Assembly (NCBI RefSeq): GCF_902713615.1
Contig: NC_052151.1
Span: forward strand, 182,879,242-182,943,241
Direction: 5' to 3'
Length of the DNA: 64,000 nucleotides
DNA from: Scyliorhinus canicula
Lineage: Eukaryota
Below the pieces are notes generated by a model, which had not been told where the DNA came from, searched no databases, and worked only from the letters and a program-made list of their open reading frames with translations. Below, one piece after another: positions 50,018-62,449 of the stretch. Position 1 is the stretch's first letter. Each line of letters begins with the position of its first letter. The position numbers were made by a program, and so were the translations under genes.

Positions 50018-52829
50018 CACTGGCCCTCAGAAAGAGCACCCAACTTCATCCACTCCTCCATCCTATCCCAGAAACCCATTAATCCCACCTAACCTTTTGG
50101 ATACTAAGGGACAATTCACCAATCGACCTAACCTGCACATCTTTGGACTGTGGGAGGAAGCCGGAGCATCAACAGGAAACCCACGCAGACACAGGGAGAG
50201 AGTGCAAACTCCAAACAGTCACCCAAGGCCAGAATTGAACCCAGGACTCTTGACCAGTGAAGTAACAGTGCTAACCAGTGCACTACAATGTGAAACTGGA
50301 TGAAGGTTCCGTAGCATGACTTGCTGCTGACTTTGCAGTTGATTATTGTTTCCATGAACTCATTATTCCAACAGCCATGTCATACTTTGCAGGAGAAGTG
50401 GCAAACAATGAACAGGGTGAAGAAGCAGATGATGGTCCAGAATAATAATAATCTTTATTGTCACAAGTAGGCTTACATCATCACTATAATGAAGTTACTG
50501 TGAAAAGCCCCTAGCCGCCACACTATGGCACCTGTTCGGGTACATGGAGGGAGAATTGAGAATGTTCAAATTACCCAACAGTACATCTTTGGGGACTTGT
50601 AGCAGCAGTGGTGGTGGTGGTGCAGTGGTTAGCATTGCTGTCTCACGGCATCGAGGTCCCAGGTTCGATCCCGGCTCTGGGTCACTGTCCATGTGGAGTT
50701 CGCACATTCTCCCCGTGTCTGCATGGGTTTCACCCCACAACCCAAAGATGGGCAGGGTAGGTGGATTGGCTACGTTAAATTGCCCCTTAATTGGATAAAA
50801 TGAATTGGGTACACTAAATTTATTTTTTTTTAATCATCTTTGGGGACTTGTGGTTGGAAACCAGAGCACCCAGAGGAAACCCATGCAGACACGGGAAGAA
50901 CTTGCAGACTCTGCACAGATAGTGACCCAAGCCGGGAATTGAACCTGGGACACTGGAGCTGTGAGGCAACAGTGCTACCCACTGAGCTACCATGTAGCTC
51001 CTATAAATATGCAGCACCGAGTATGCGACTAGCTAAAGAGGGATAGGCAAAAGAAAGTAAGACTTGGGCCACAATTTTACACTCAACATCTTTTCCCAAA
51101 GGTAGGGGAGTCTAAACCTAGAGGGCATAGGTTTAAGGTGAGGGGGGAGAGATACAAAAGGATCCAGAGGGGAAATGTTTTCACACAGAGGGTAGTGAGT
51201 GTCTGGAATGAGTTGCCAGAGGCAGTAGTAGAGTTGGGTACAATTTTGTCTTTTAGACAGTTACATGGGAAAGTTGGGTAGAATAATAATAATAATAGCT
51301 TATTGTCACAAGTACGCTTCAGTGAAGTTACTGTGAAAAGCCCCTAGTCGGCACATTCCGGCGCCTGTTCCGGGAGGCCGGTACGGGAATTGAAGCCGCG
51401 CTGCTGGCATTATTTTGCACGGTTCTGCTTAACAAGCCAACTGTTTAGCCCACTGTGCTAAACCAGCCCAGGGTATAAAGGGAAATGGGCCAAATGCGGA
51501 CAATTGGGACTAGCTTAGTGGTAAAAACTGGGTGGCATGGACAAGTTGGGCCGAAGGGCGTGTCTTCATGCTGTAAACCTCTATGACTCTATCTGACGAT
51601 TAATCGTATCTGAATTTTTTGATGGATGTTTGTGGCAAGCAGAGACTGATATGCTTATGAAGAAAATAAATAATTTTCATTTTTATAGTACCTTTCCATG
51701 CCCTCATATTGTCACAAAGTGCTTCATAACCATTGAATAAGAAAGAAAACATTTGCGTTTTGAGAGGACATCTCAGGAAGTTCCAAACTGCCAATCAAGT
51801 ATTTTTGAAGTGCAGTCACTGTTGTAATGTAGGAAATATGGCAGTCAATTTTTGTACAGCAAGCTCCCACAAACAACATTTTAAAAAATAAATTTAGAGT
51901 ACCCAATTATTTTTTCCAATTAAAGGGGCAATCCACCTACCCTGCACATCTTTGGGTTGTGGGGGTGAAACCCACGCAAACACGGGGAGAATGTGCAAAC
52001 TCCACACGGACAGTGACCCAGGGTCGGGATTCGAACCCAGGTCCTCGGTGCCGTATGTAGCATTGCTAACTACTGTGCCACCATGCTGCCCCTAACAAAC
52101 AAAATTAAAGGTATTAGTTGAAGGATAAATACTGGGGCAGGGGACTAAGAGAATTGTAGTGCTCGTCTTCAAATAGTGCCATGGAATCTTTAAAGGTCCT
52201 TGTACAATGTTGGCAAGCTGGAGAAGTGCAGCAACATTCGGATGTGTGCAGCTTTATCTTAATAGATCAGTCGAAACAATCAATTGAAGGGAATAGGGCG
52301 TGGCTGGAATAAAAGGAGAAATTACAGGAGGACCAAAGGTCTATTAAATTACTTGTTACTTTGTTCAAAAATGGCAGGAGTATAAACAAAGCAAGAGTCA
52401 GAGTGCAGAAGCCAGAGATTTGTCAAGTCTTTTCCCGTCTCGAGTCTCTTAATATAGCAATTCTGATCATATAGAGACAGTGTACTCTTGAAGAAATTTG
52501 TTGTTTTGAAATAAACTGGAAAACACTGTCAGAAAGAGAACACTTTAGTTAACAGATTGTCACCACCCTCTGAGAGTGTATGAGCAGGCTCACTTTGCAG
52601 AACAGTTGTACAGCAAAAGCCTTTTGAAGTTTTTTTCCTGGCTCTAGCAGTGAGTGTATCAGTCTTGATTTCTGACTGTTTCAAGCCTCAAACCTGTTTT
52701 CAAAAGATTGTGCATTTATTTTATAAATATTGGATATAATTTGTATCGTCATGTTTTAAATGTGACATACTGATAGTCAGGCAGGTGAGCGGAAAATGAT
52801 GAGTCTGCGTTAGTTCCCGTCCTACAGTA

Positions 52830-55800
52830 AAGCCTGGTCTCCAGTCATCCCGGATTTCCCTGCCACTGGGCCAAGACCTCCCTCCGCAGGGAGCGTGTGG
52901 TGGTTGGTGTGCAAAGACCATCCCACGTTAAAAGAATCTACGCACAGGCATCTTCCACCACAACCTCACCACCCAAATAGATTTTGGGACTTGGAACGTT
53001 AGGACCCTCATGGACAACCCCAACAGCAATGCCGCGCCGCCACCATAGCCGGGAACTCTGACAACATTGACATCGCTGCCTTGAGCAAGACACAACTAGC
53101 CGTAGAACAAGGTGACGAATGTACCTTCTTCTGGAAAGGTAAACCAGATGAAGAATGCCATCTCTTTGGAGTCGGCTACATAAAAAAAAAGAGTTGGTTG
53201 CACGTCTCAATGAATTCCCCCTACGGGGTGAGCAAATGACTACTGACCCTACGGCTCACCCTGGCCCAGAAACAGCACATCACAGCCGTCAGTACCTACG
53301 CCCCAAACTTATATGCAGCTGACGAGACAAAAGTGGTATTCTGCTCCAACCTCGACCAATCACTGTCCCACATCCCAAAGGGAGACAAGCTGATTCTCCT
53401 TGGTGACTTCAAGTTGGGAATGGTACAAGCCTTTAGAAAGGCGTGTTTGGTAGGGAAGGCATGGGGAAAACAGACGCCAACGGAGTCCTCCTCCTGGCAA
53501 AATGTTTAGAACTTGCCCTGTTCATCAAAAATACCCTGTTCCGCCAGAGGGACAAGCAGAAAACCTCATGGCAACAGCCCCTCTCCAAGCACTGGCACCT
53601 AATAGATTTAAATTGTCCGGGCAAGGGACCACAAAGACGTCTGCATCACCTGCACCATGGCCGGAATTGACAACTGATCACCGACTTATCTGCACCACTA
53701 TCTCCATCACCCTGGCCCCAAGCTGTAGAAGAAACTCTGCCGTCCGCAGGAGATTAAATGTTGATGCACTCAAAGACCCTGAGAAGAAAGAGCTACTCAG
53801 CTAGCGCCTCATAGCTAACCTGGCGACAACAAACAAGCCAGAGCCGTAGAATGGATTTGGATTGGTTTATTGTCACGTGTACCGAGGTTTCTGCGAGCAG
53901 CTCAACAGATCATTAAGTACATGAAAGAAAAAGAAAAAACATAATAGGGCAACACAAGGTACACAATGTAACTACATAACACCGGCATCGGGTGAAGTAT
54001 ACAGGGGTGTAGTGTTAATGAAGTCAGTCCATAAGAGGGTCATTTAGGAGTCTGATAACAACCGGGAAGAAGCTGTTTTTGAATCTGTGCGTGTTCTCAG
54101 ACTTCTGTATCCTGCCCGAAGGAAGAAATTGGAAGAGTGAGTAAGCTGGGTGGGAGGGGTCTTTGATTATGCTGCCCACTTTCCCCAGGCAGCGGGAGGT
54201 GTAGATGGAGTCAATGGATGGGAGGCAGGTTCGTGTGATGGACTGGGTTGTGTTCACGACTCTCTAAAGTTTCTTGCGGTCTTCGGCCGAGCAGTTGCCA
54301 TACCAGGCTGTGATGCAGAAGATAGGATTATTTCTATGGTGCATCTGTAAAATTGGTAAGAGAATGCCCACAATGCCTGGTATCCTGGTCCACCTTAAAA
54401 GCCAACATAGTCAGCATCTGTGAGGAGACACTCGGACTCTCGACCAAGACTGGCTCGGTGACAATGATCAGGAGATCCAGGATCTCCTTGACCGCCAGTG
54501 CCAGGCATTCCTGACTGGCAGCTCCGCCAAAATTCAAGTGAGAGGAAAGTGAAGGTCAAGGTGCAACAAACAGCCCACGACCTAAAGTTGGGTGGAAAGA
54601 GCGCAGGAGACTCAGCAACCTGCTGACAACCACAATGTGCGTGGGTTCTTCAGCACAATCAAAACCATCTAAGGTCCAAGCACCCCAGGGACTAACCCAC
54701 TGACAGCCAAAAACAGAGAGGCACTCAGCAAAGACAGGCAGTCAATGCCTCTGGAAAGAGCACTTAGAGAGCTCCTCAACCAAGACACAGCCTTCGATAC
54801 AAGCGTCCACGACACCCTCTCGCAACATGTTACCTGCCACCATTTCAACCCAACCCCAGCTTGCTGAGAGTTCGAAAAAGCCATCCAATAGCTGAACAAG
54901 GCGCAGGTGGAATCCCCGCAGAAGTACTAAAATGCACTCTTGACAAGAATCCACAACCTCATCATCCTTGTCTGGAAGGCAGAGAGCATGCCGGATGATC
55001 TCAGAAATCCTTAATTGTGACCACCTTCAAGAAAGGAGACATGTGGAAATTACAGAGGGATTTCCCTACTCTCTGCCACGGGAAAGATGATCACTAGAAT
55101 CCTCCTCAACTTCCCCTCCCAGTGGCTGAACAGCTCCTCCCCGAGCTTCTGTGCAGCAAGAGGCTCAATGGACATGATCTTCCCCCCTCCTCCACCATCA
55201 AGATCCACAGTGAGCCCTTGGACAATGTGGATAATTTCCCATACCTCAGGAGCCTCCTCTCGGTGCAAGCAGACATTGACGACAAAATCCAACATCAACT
55301 GCAATGCGCCAGTGCAGTCTTCAGATGCCTGAGGGACAGAGTATTCGAAGAGCGAGACCTCAAACCCAGCACCAAGCCCCTGGCCTACAGAGCAGTCATG
55401 GTCACTCTCTCCTGTATGCACCATGCCACCTGCCACCATTTCAGCCCAAACCCAGCTTGCTGAGAGTTCGAAAAAGCCATCCAACAGCTGAAGAACAAGA
55501 AGGCGCAGCTGGAATCCCCACAGAAGTACTAAAATGCAGCGGACAAGAATCCACACCCTCATCATCCTTGGCTGGAAGGAAGAGAGCATGCCGGATGATC
55601 TCAGAAATTCCTTAATTGTGACCATGTACACTGTACGGCAAACACCTCAAATCCTTGGAGAGATATCACCAACACTGCCTCCACAAAATAGGCGTACCAA
55701 CGTGAGCATCCTCTCCCAGGCCAATATCCCCAGTCTCAAGGCACTGGTCACGTTCAGCCAGCTGGGATGAGCGGGCCATTTTGTCCACATGCCCGACACA

Positions 55801-56476
55801 AGACTCCCAAAACAAATATATGCTCAGCTCAGGATTTTTATATAAATGTACCTTATACAGTGAGCTCCGCAATAGCGAGCAATAACTAGGAGGGCAGAGG
55901 AAACGTTACCACAACATCCTGAAAGCCAGGGATGCTGGTTTGATTCTCGGTTTAGGTCACTGCCTGTGTGGAGTCTGCACATTCTCCCCGTGTTTGTGGG
56001 TTTCCTCCCACAAGTCCGGAAGGACGTAAATGTTTGGTGAACTGAACATTTTGAATTCTCCCTCCGTGTATCCGAACAGGCGCTGGAGTGTGGTGACTAG
56101 GGGATTTTCACAGTAACTTCATTGCAGTGATAATGTAAGCCTAATTGTGACACTAATAAAGATTATTATTAAATGTAACATCCCCACCGACACGTGGGAA
56201 TCGCTTGCCTTAGAACGCACAAGCTGGAGAAAAAGCATTCGCGAAGGCGCCAATCACCTTAAGCGCCGTAGGGTGGGGCACGCAGAGGCCAAGCCTATGC
56301 AGTGGAAAGAGAGTGCAGATTCCAGAGCGTCCCACCCACCTCATCAAACACCACTTGCCAAACCTGTCACTGAGTCGGCGGATCAGGATCAGACTGTTCA
56401 GTCACCGCAGAACCTACCTCCCCAGAGCAGATGCAAGTCACCCTCGACGCTGAGGGACTGTCAAAGAAGAAAATAA
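52830..56476 (+). mobile_element. Internally deleted RTE-clade LINE with nested insertions
   Basis: FGTWNVRTLMD at 52983-53015, YAP, LGDF, SWQQPLSKHWHLID, NYRGISLLS, FPYLRSLLS. 3' end GGACTGTCAAAGAAGAA. Confidence 0.85.
53854..54360 (-). mobile_element. Rex1/L2-like LINE 3' fragment nested in the RTE
   Basis: LPSIDSIYTSRCLGKVGSIIKDPSHPAYSLFQFLPSGR; 6-bp TSD AGAATG at 53848-53853 and 54361-54366. Confidence 0.78.
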
Positions 56477-58566
56477 TTTGTATAATGCGGTGAATATGGT
56501 GGGCTGATAGGCACAAGTTTGGTGAGCATCAAGATCCTATTAATTAACACTGATCTACAATCCTTCCATCCAACTTTGTCTAATCCTATCCATGTAACTT
56601 CTATTAATTTCTCCCCCCATGTGTTTATCCAAGTTCTACTAAAATATATGTGTTAGTCATCTCAGCTAAAATGCAAATTCTGCTTTCTAACCACTCTGTG
56701 CAAAAGTGTTTCTCCTAAATTTCCTACTGGATTTATTAGTGACTATATTCATATTTACAGCCTCCAAATTGGTTTCCCCCACACGTGTGAACACCTTCTG
56801 TATGATCTACTCTGACAAATCCTTTCATAATCTTAAAGATCCCCGTCAAGTCACTCCTCAGCCTTCTCTATTTGCAATGCATCAAGCATTGCAACTGTAT
56901 GGGACTGGCTGGAGGAATCAGTTTCCTGTCTCATTTTTCATATGTTCATACTTATGTAAAACATGTAAAACATACTTTAGCAGGTAATTTAGCTCTTGGC
57001 CAGGTTAGACAAAATCTTTCATGGTGTAAAGATGCCTGATGGATTCAATTCCAGGAGCATTCACTGAGATTGCACAGATTTTCACAGCTTGATTGGCAAT
57101 ATACATAAATAGACCAATGGATACAGTCTAACTTTGAAACAAAAGATGATATCAAAGTCTGTACCATGCTCTCAATATTCTGGAGACATTCCAACAGCTT
57201 TCTAGAGGCTCTGAACACAGCCAGAAGATACTACAGTGCCAGATTGTATGCACAGCACAAGCCAGTGGAAACCTCCTGTTTGCTAGCTTAGACATCTCAA
57301 AGAAGCTTGTTAATAACCATTATAAACAATACTTGGTCATAAACGGATACTTCTACTACATTATGAACTATATCAATGAACTCAGAACCGATCCCTATTT
57401 GATTCTGCCAGTAACCTTTTGACCTACTACATCTGAGAAAGGATCTACTTGACACAGAGGGAGTACCTTGGCCTCGGTAATTCCACCATAAAATTGTTGT
57501 GATGTCGGGGTGGGTGGGAGTCCAATGCGAAGGCCATCCGAGGAATTTTACACCCCCTGCCCAGTTACACACCCGCTGGAGGGGTATGTAAAATGCTGCC
57601 CTATTTTGGTGTTCACTCACTGGGTCAAAATCCTGGAACTCTCTTCCATATAGCACTGTAGGTGCACCTACATCAAATGGACTACATCAGTTGAAGGAGA
57701 CAGTTCGCTGCCAGCTTCTCAAAGGCAATTAGTGATGAGGAACTAATGCTGGATTTGTCAGCAACATTCTCATCCCTTGATTGAATCATTATTTTGATGA
57801 GTAAATAAAGCAACACTTTTTCTACTGGGTTCGTAACCAGGGAGCACAGATTTAAGGTAAATTCATAATTGACAGAAACAACATGAGAAAACGTTCATTT
57901 TAACATAGCGAGTAGTTGTGATCTGGGATATACGCAACAACTGAGCATCCTCAGGTCTTTGGGTTAGAGAATTGCAAAGGTTCACAACCTTTGAGTGAAG
58001 AAATGTCTCCTCAGTTTGGTCCCAAATGGCCACGTACAACAATCTTCTCATCCCTGAAATCAGTCTTATGAACCTTCGCTGCACTCCCTCGGGAGGCAAA
58101 TATATATCCATAGGTAAGGAAAACAAAACTATACACCATACTCCAGGTACCTCACCAAGATCCTGCTGGACTTCTTTGCTCTTATCCTCTAACTGGTTTA
58201 TCATAAAGGCTTATATACCATTTGCTTTTCTATTTCTCCTGTCAAAGTGGCTAGCTTCACATTTCACCACATTATATTCCATCTGCCACATTATTGCCCA
58301 TTCACTTACCATGTCTAAATCCTTTTGCAGCCTCTTTGGTGTCTTCACCACAGCTTAGTTTCCCATTTAACTCTGTATTGGTAGCAAACCTCGATACCTT
58401 ACACCAGTTATTATTGAACTTTTTTGTTTGAAGGACCGCTTTTCAATAGGATTGGTAATTATGAACCTGCCCATCTAAATTATAATACTGTAAATTCATT
58501 GCACATTTATATATCTAAATGTAAAAGTTAATTAATGCCGTTACAGAAACTTGCATAAAACTTTGC

Positions 58567-58876
58567 GGGCGGCAAGGTAGCACAGTGGTTAGCACTGTCA
58601 CTTTACAGCGCAGGGTCCCAGGATTGATTGCTTGGGTCACTGTCTGTGCGGAGTCTGCACGTTCTCCCTGTGTCTGCGTGGGTTTACTCCGGGTGCTCCG
58701 GTTTCCTCCCACAAGTCCCGAAAGACATGCTGTTAAGTAATTTGGACACTCTGAATTCTCCCTGCGTGTACCTCAACAGGCGCTGGAATGTGGCGACTAG
58801 GGGATTTTCACAGTAACTTCATTGCAGTGTTAATGTAAGCCTACTTGTGACACTAATGAAGATTATTATTATTATT
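58567..58876 (+). mobile_element. Chimeric SINE: V-type head with the short-SINE tail
   Basis: V-domain followed by AACAGGCGCTGGAATGTGGCGACTAGGG...CACAGTAACTTCATTG...(ATT)n. Same structure at 41413-41710(+), 50442-51000(-) and 55927-56170(+). Confidence 0.85.
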
Positions 58877-61669
58877 GGAGCTGTCTGACGTAAATAACAT
58901 TGATGTGATTGGTGATGTGAAAACCTTTATCTTCCCTTTAGCTGAGAGGTGACCTTACAGGTTCAGCAACATGCTTGTTAAATACTTCACCACATGACAC
59001 CTCCCTTCTTTTCCTGGAATGGGATTAAGTTTATTGCCTCCTGTTGGGAGTTTCAGGTGTAGCCTTCAACCACCTGTCTGCTCACTGCACAGTTGCTGAG
59101 TGTACCAGGGATTTTTTTCACACCGCCTTTGCTACTTACTGGCTTGGCTGCACTGGATTACTGCTGAGCAGAGTTCCTGGTGTGTGGCCCTTTGACGACT
59201 GGGACACGGTCATAATTTATGTGAGTTTTTTTCTCTCAAAGTGAATGGATCGGGTTTGGAAATGCTCTGAAGTGAGATGGAGGCAGATACAATCAAGGTA
59301 TTCAAGAGGGCATTGGATGATTATTTGAATGCAAACAATGTGCCGGGCTAAGGGAAAACCACTGGGTGCGCCGGTTTCCTCCCATAGTCCAAAGATGTGC
59401 AGATTAGGTGCATTGGTCATGCTAAATTGCCCCTTAGTTTCCAAAGGTTAGGGCGGGGGAGTGGGCCATGGTAGGGTGCTCTTTCGGAGGGTTGGTGCAC
59501 ACGATGGGCTGAATGACCTCCTTCTGCACTGTAGGGATTCTATTCCATGAGAAGGGATGAATTTGGAACATCTCCCAAAAAGGAGGGAGGAATGAGAGAC
59601 TGAGGAATAAATGTTGGAGAATTAGTGTCTTTGTTTGCATAGTGAAACCATGGTTTCTGGGATATGACTATTCTGGACATAGTTCAGCATCATCACAAAG
59701 ACAAACCAAGAGTTTCTCGGACTTTCAGAGATGAGAAACTTAGGTCTTCACTGCTTCTTGTTAAGCATATAGAACCATAGAATTCCTACAGTGCAGAATG
59801 ACACCGTTTGGCCCATTGAGTCTGCACCAACAGTATGAAAGTGCACCTTGCCTAGGCCCACTACCCTGCCCTATCCCCGTAAGCCCACCTAACCTGCGCA
59901 CCTTTGGACACAAAGAGGCAATTTAGCATGGCCAATCCACTCTAACCTGTGCATCTTTGGACTGTGGGAGGAAACCAGAGCCGCTTTAGGAAACCCACAC
60001 AGACACAAGGAGAACGTGAAAACTCCACACAGTCACCCAAAGTCAGAATTGAACCCAGGTCCCTGTGAGGTAACAGTGCTAACCAGTTTGCCACCACGCT
60101 GCCCCTTATGTAAAATCTTAATAAGTTCTACTTGATTCATAAATACTAGTTAATTGTATCTTGTAGGTCATGCACAACTGAGGACCCTAATGTGAGAAAT
60201 TAAAAATCTGGATCTTGGAGGTTTTTCTTTTAACCAGAAAGGCTTTATACCTCAACTCTAAACCTTACACTACAACCATTGACACATCGCCAATTCTGGC
60301 CTCTTAACCATCCTTATTTTTAATTGCCCCACCACTGATGGCTCTGCTTTTGGTTTCCTAAGGCCCTAAGCTCTGGAATTCCTGCCCCAAACCTCTCCAA
60401 CTCACATTCCTTCTTTAATATGTTCCATCATCTGATCTAATATCTTATTATGTGGCTGGTCGAAGAAAGCTCAGTGATTTGCCTTGGAAGGTTTTAGGAT
60501 GTTGAAGGCACTGTATAAAGCTAAGTTGTTGTTGTGCACTCTTGTTGGTTTGGAACTGGTCTGAGATGGTCAGGAAACATTTCTATATCCAGCTTTGCTG
60601 ATCATATTTAATAATAATCTTTTATTGTTACAAGTATGCAGTTACTGTGAAAAGCCCCTAGTCGCCACATTCCGGCGCCTGTTCGGGTAAGCCAGTACGG
60701 GAATTGAACCCGCACCGTTGGCTTTATTCTGCATTACAAACCAGCTGTTTAGCCCACTGAGCTAAAGCAGCCTTTCAGGGTGGCACAGTGGTTAGCATTG
60801 CTGCCTCACAGCTCCAGGGACCCAAGTTCAATTCCGGCTTCAGAGACAGTCTGTGTGGAGTTTGCACTTTCTCCCCGTGTCTGTGTGGATTTCCTCCGGG
60901 TGCTCCGTTTTCCTCCCACAATCCAAAGATGTGCAGGTTAGGTGGATTGGCCATGATAAATTGCCCCTTCGTGTCCAAAATGTTAGGTGTGCTTACTGGG
61001 ATAGGGTGGAGGCATGGCCTTAAGTAGGCTACTCTTTCCAAGGGCCGGTGCAGACTCGATGGGCTGAATGGCCTCCTTCTGCACTGTAAATCCTATGAGT
61101 ATGATATTAAAATTTAGCTCACTGGGCTAAATCGCTGGCTTTTAAAGCACACCAAGCAGGCCAGCAGCACGGTTTGATTCCCGTACCAGCCTCCCCAGAC
61201 AGGTGCCGGAATGTGGCGACTAGGGGCTTTTCACAGTAAATTGAAGTCTACTCGTGACAATAAGCGATTTTCATTTTCATTTAAAATTGTTCCAAGTTAG
61301 GGCAGCACGGTAGCGCAGTGGGTTAGCACAGCTGCCTCACGGAGCCAAGGTCCCAGGTTCGAATTCCGGCCCTGGGTCGCTGTCCATGTGGAGTTTGCAC
61401 ATTCTCCCCGTGTCTGCATGGGTTTCGCCCCCACAACCCAAAGATGTGCAGGGTAGGTGGATTGGCCACACTAAATTGTCCCGTAATTGGAAAAAATGAA
61501 TTGGGTACTCTAAAAAATTGTTTAAATTGTTTCCAGGCCCTCTTTGACCCAGTTAATCCTGATTGCCCCGCCCCCGCGGCACTGTGACACTTTGGAGGCA
61601 TCACCATGTGCACCACCTGCTCACCTTACCTCCTCCTGACTGCCAGCACTTGTTGGGCATGCGCCTGGT

Positions 61670-61870
61670 GGTGGCTCTGACGTCACTATCCACCACACCT
61701 GCGCGCGCAGACCCGCTATCCACTGACCCATCAACCAATCGCCGCCTTCCTCGCCTAACGTCACAGTCGGGCCAATGAGAGCACGTGGTCAATGGTAGCC
61801 CTGGCGGCGACCAATCGCCGAGCTTGTCTCAGCGGGCTTGCGGGGTAGCGCGTAGAAACGGACAACAAAC
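61670..61870 (+). promoter_or_regulatory. CpG-island promoter of a divergently transcribed neighbour gene
   Basis: CRE TGACGTCA 61678-61685; CTGCGCGCGCAG palindrome 61699-61710; CCAAT at 61735, 61772 and 61811; E-box CACGTG 61782; YY1-type AACATGGCGG 61868. Confidence 0.75.
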
Positions 61871-61880
61871 ATGGCGGAAG
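61871..61880 (+). CDS. Candidate 10-nt coding part of a first exon (M-A-E-x), possibly DPY30
   Basis: aaacATGGCGGAAG|gtaagc has a strong Kozak context and a near-consensus donor directly after the promoter. Identity rests on human DPY30-SPAST head-to-head synteny only. Confidence 0.6.
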
Positions 61881-62184
61881 GTAAGCTGATTGCTTTGGAG
61901 TTGGTCGTCCCGCCTCAAAAAAAAACAGTTCGGCTGCTTAATGTCAAAGTCCTGGGTGGGAGGCACTTGCTGAGTGTCGCCTGAGTGGAAGGAGCTGAAG
62001 CTGGGCTCGCCGAGTTGAGGTTTGGGGGATCCCCGCACCAAGTGTGGCGTGGCCAGGCCGCAAAGCCGGCTGTATTTCATATTGGCTTGTTAGAACGACT
62101 GTTAGCAGTATGAGGGTGTAGAGGTTTGCGGGGTAATGTTAAACAACAACACGACTATCTGCTGTAAACAACAACAACTTTAAC

Positions 62185-62318
62185 TCCTATAAAACCAAAG
62201 TACTGCGGATGCTGGAAATCTGAAATAAAATCAGAAAATGCTGTAAAAATATCAGCAAGTCTGTGGAGCGAGAAATAGCGTTAACCTCTGGAGTCCGTAT
62301 GACTCTTCCTCAGAGCAA
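62185..62318 (-). mobile_element. Penelope-like terminal fragment with decayed hammerhead motif
   Basis: Minus strand reads CTGAGGA A GAGTC ATACG GACTC cAgA; the GAAA core is mutated. Confidence 0.55.
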
Positions 62319-62449
62319 CTTTGGCTCAAATTGACTCTCGGTTTCCCGCCACGTCTTAACAATTAAACTCTTATCCATGTGTTTAAATCCCTCTGAGCTC
62401 TCGTCCTATCTCTGACTTACTCCAGTCTCGCATGTTGTCCCCCCCCCCC

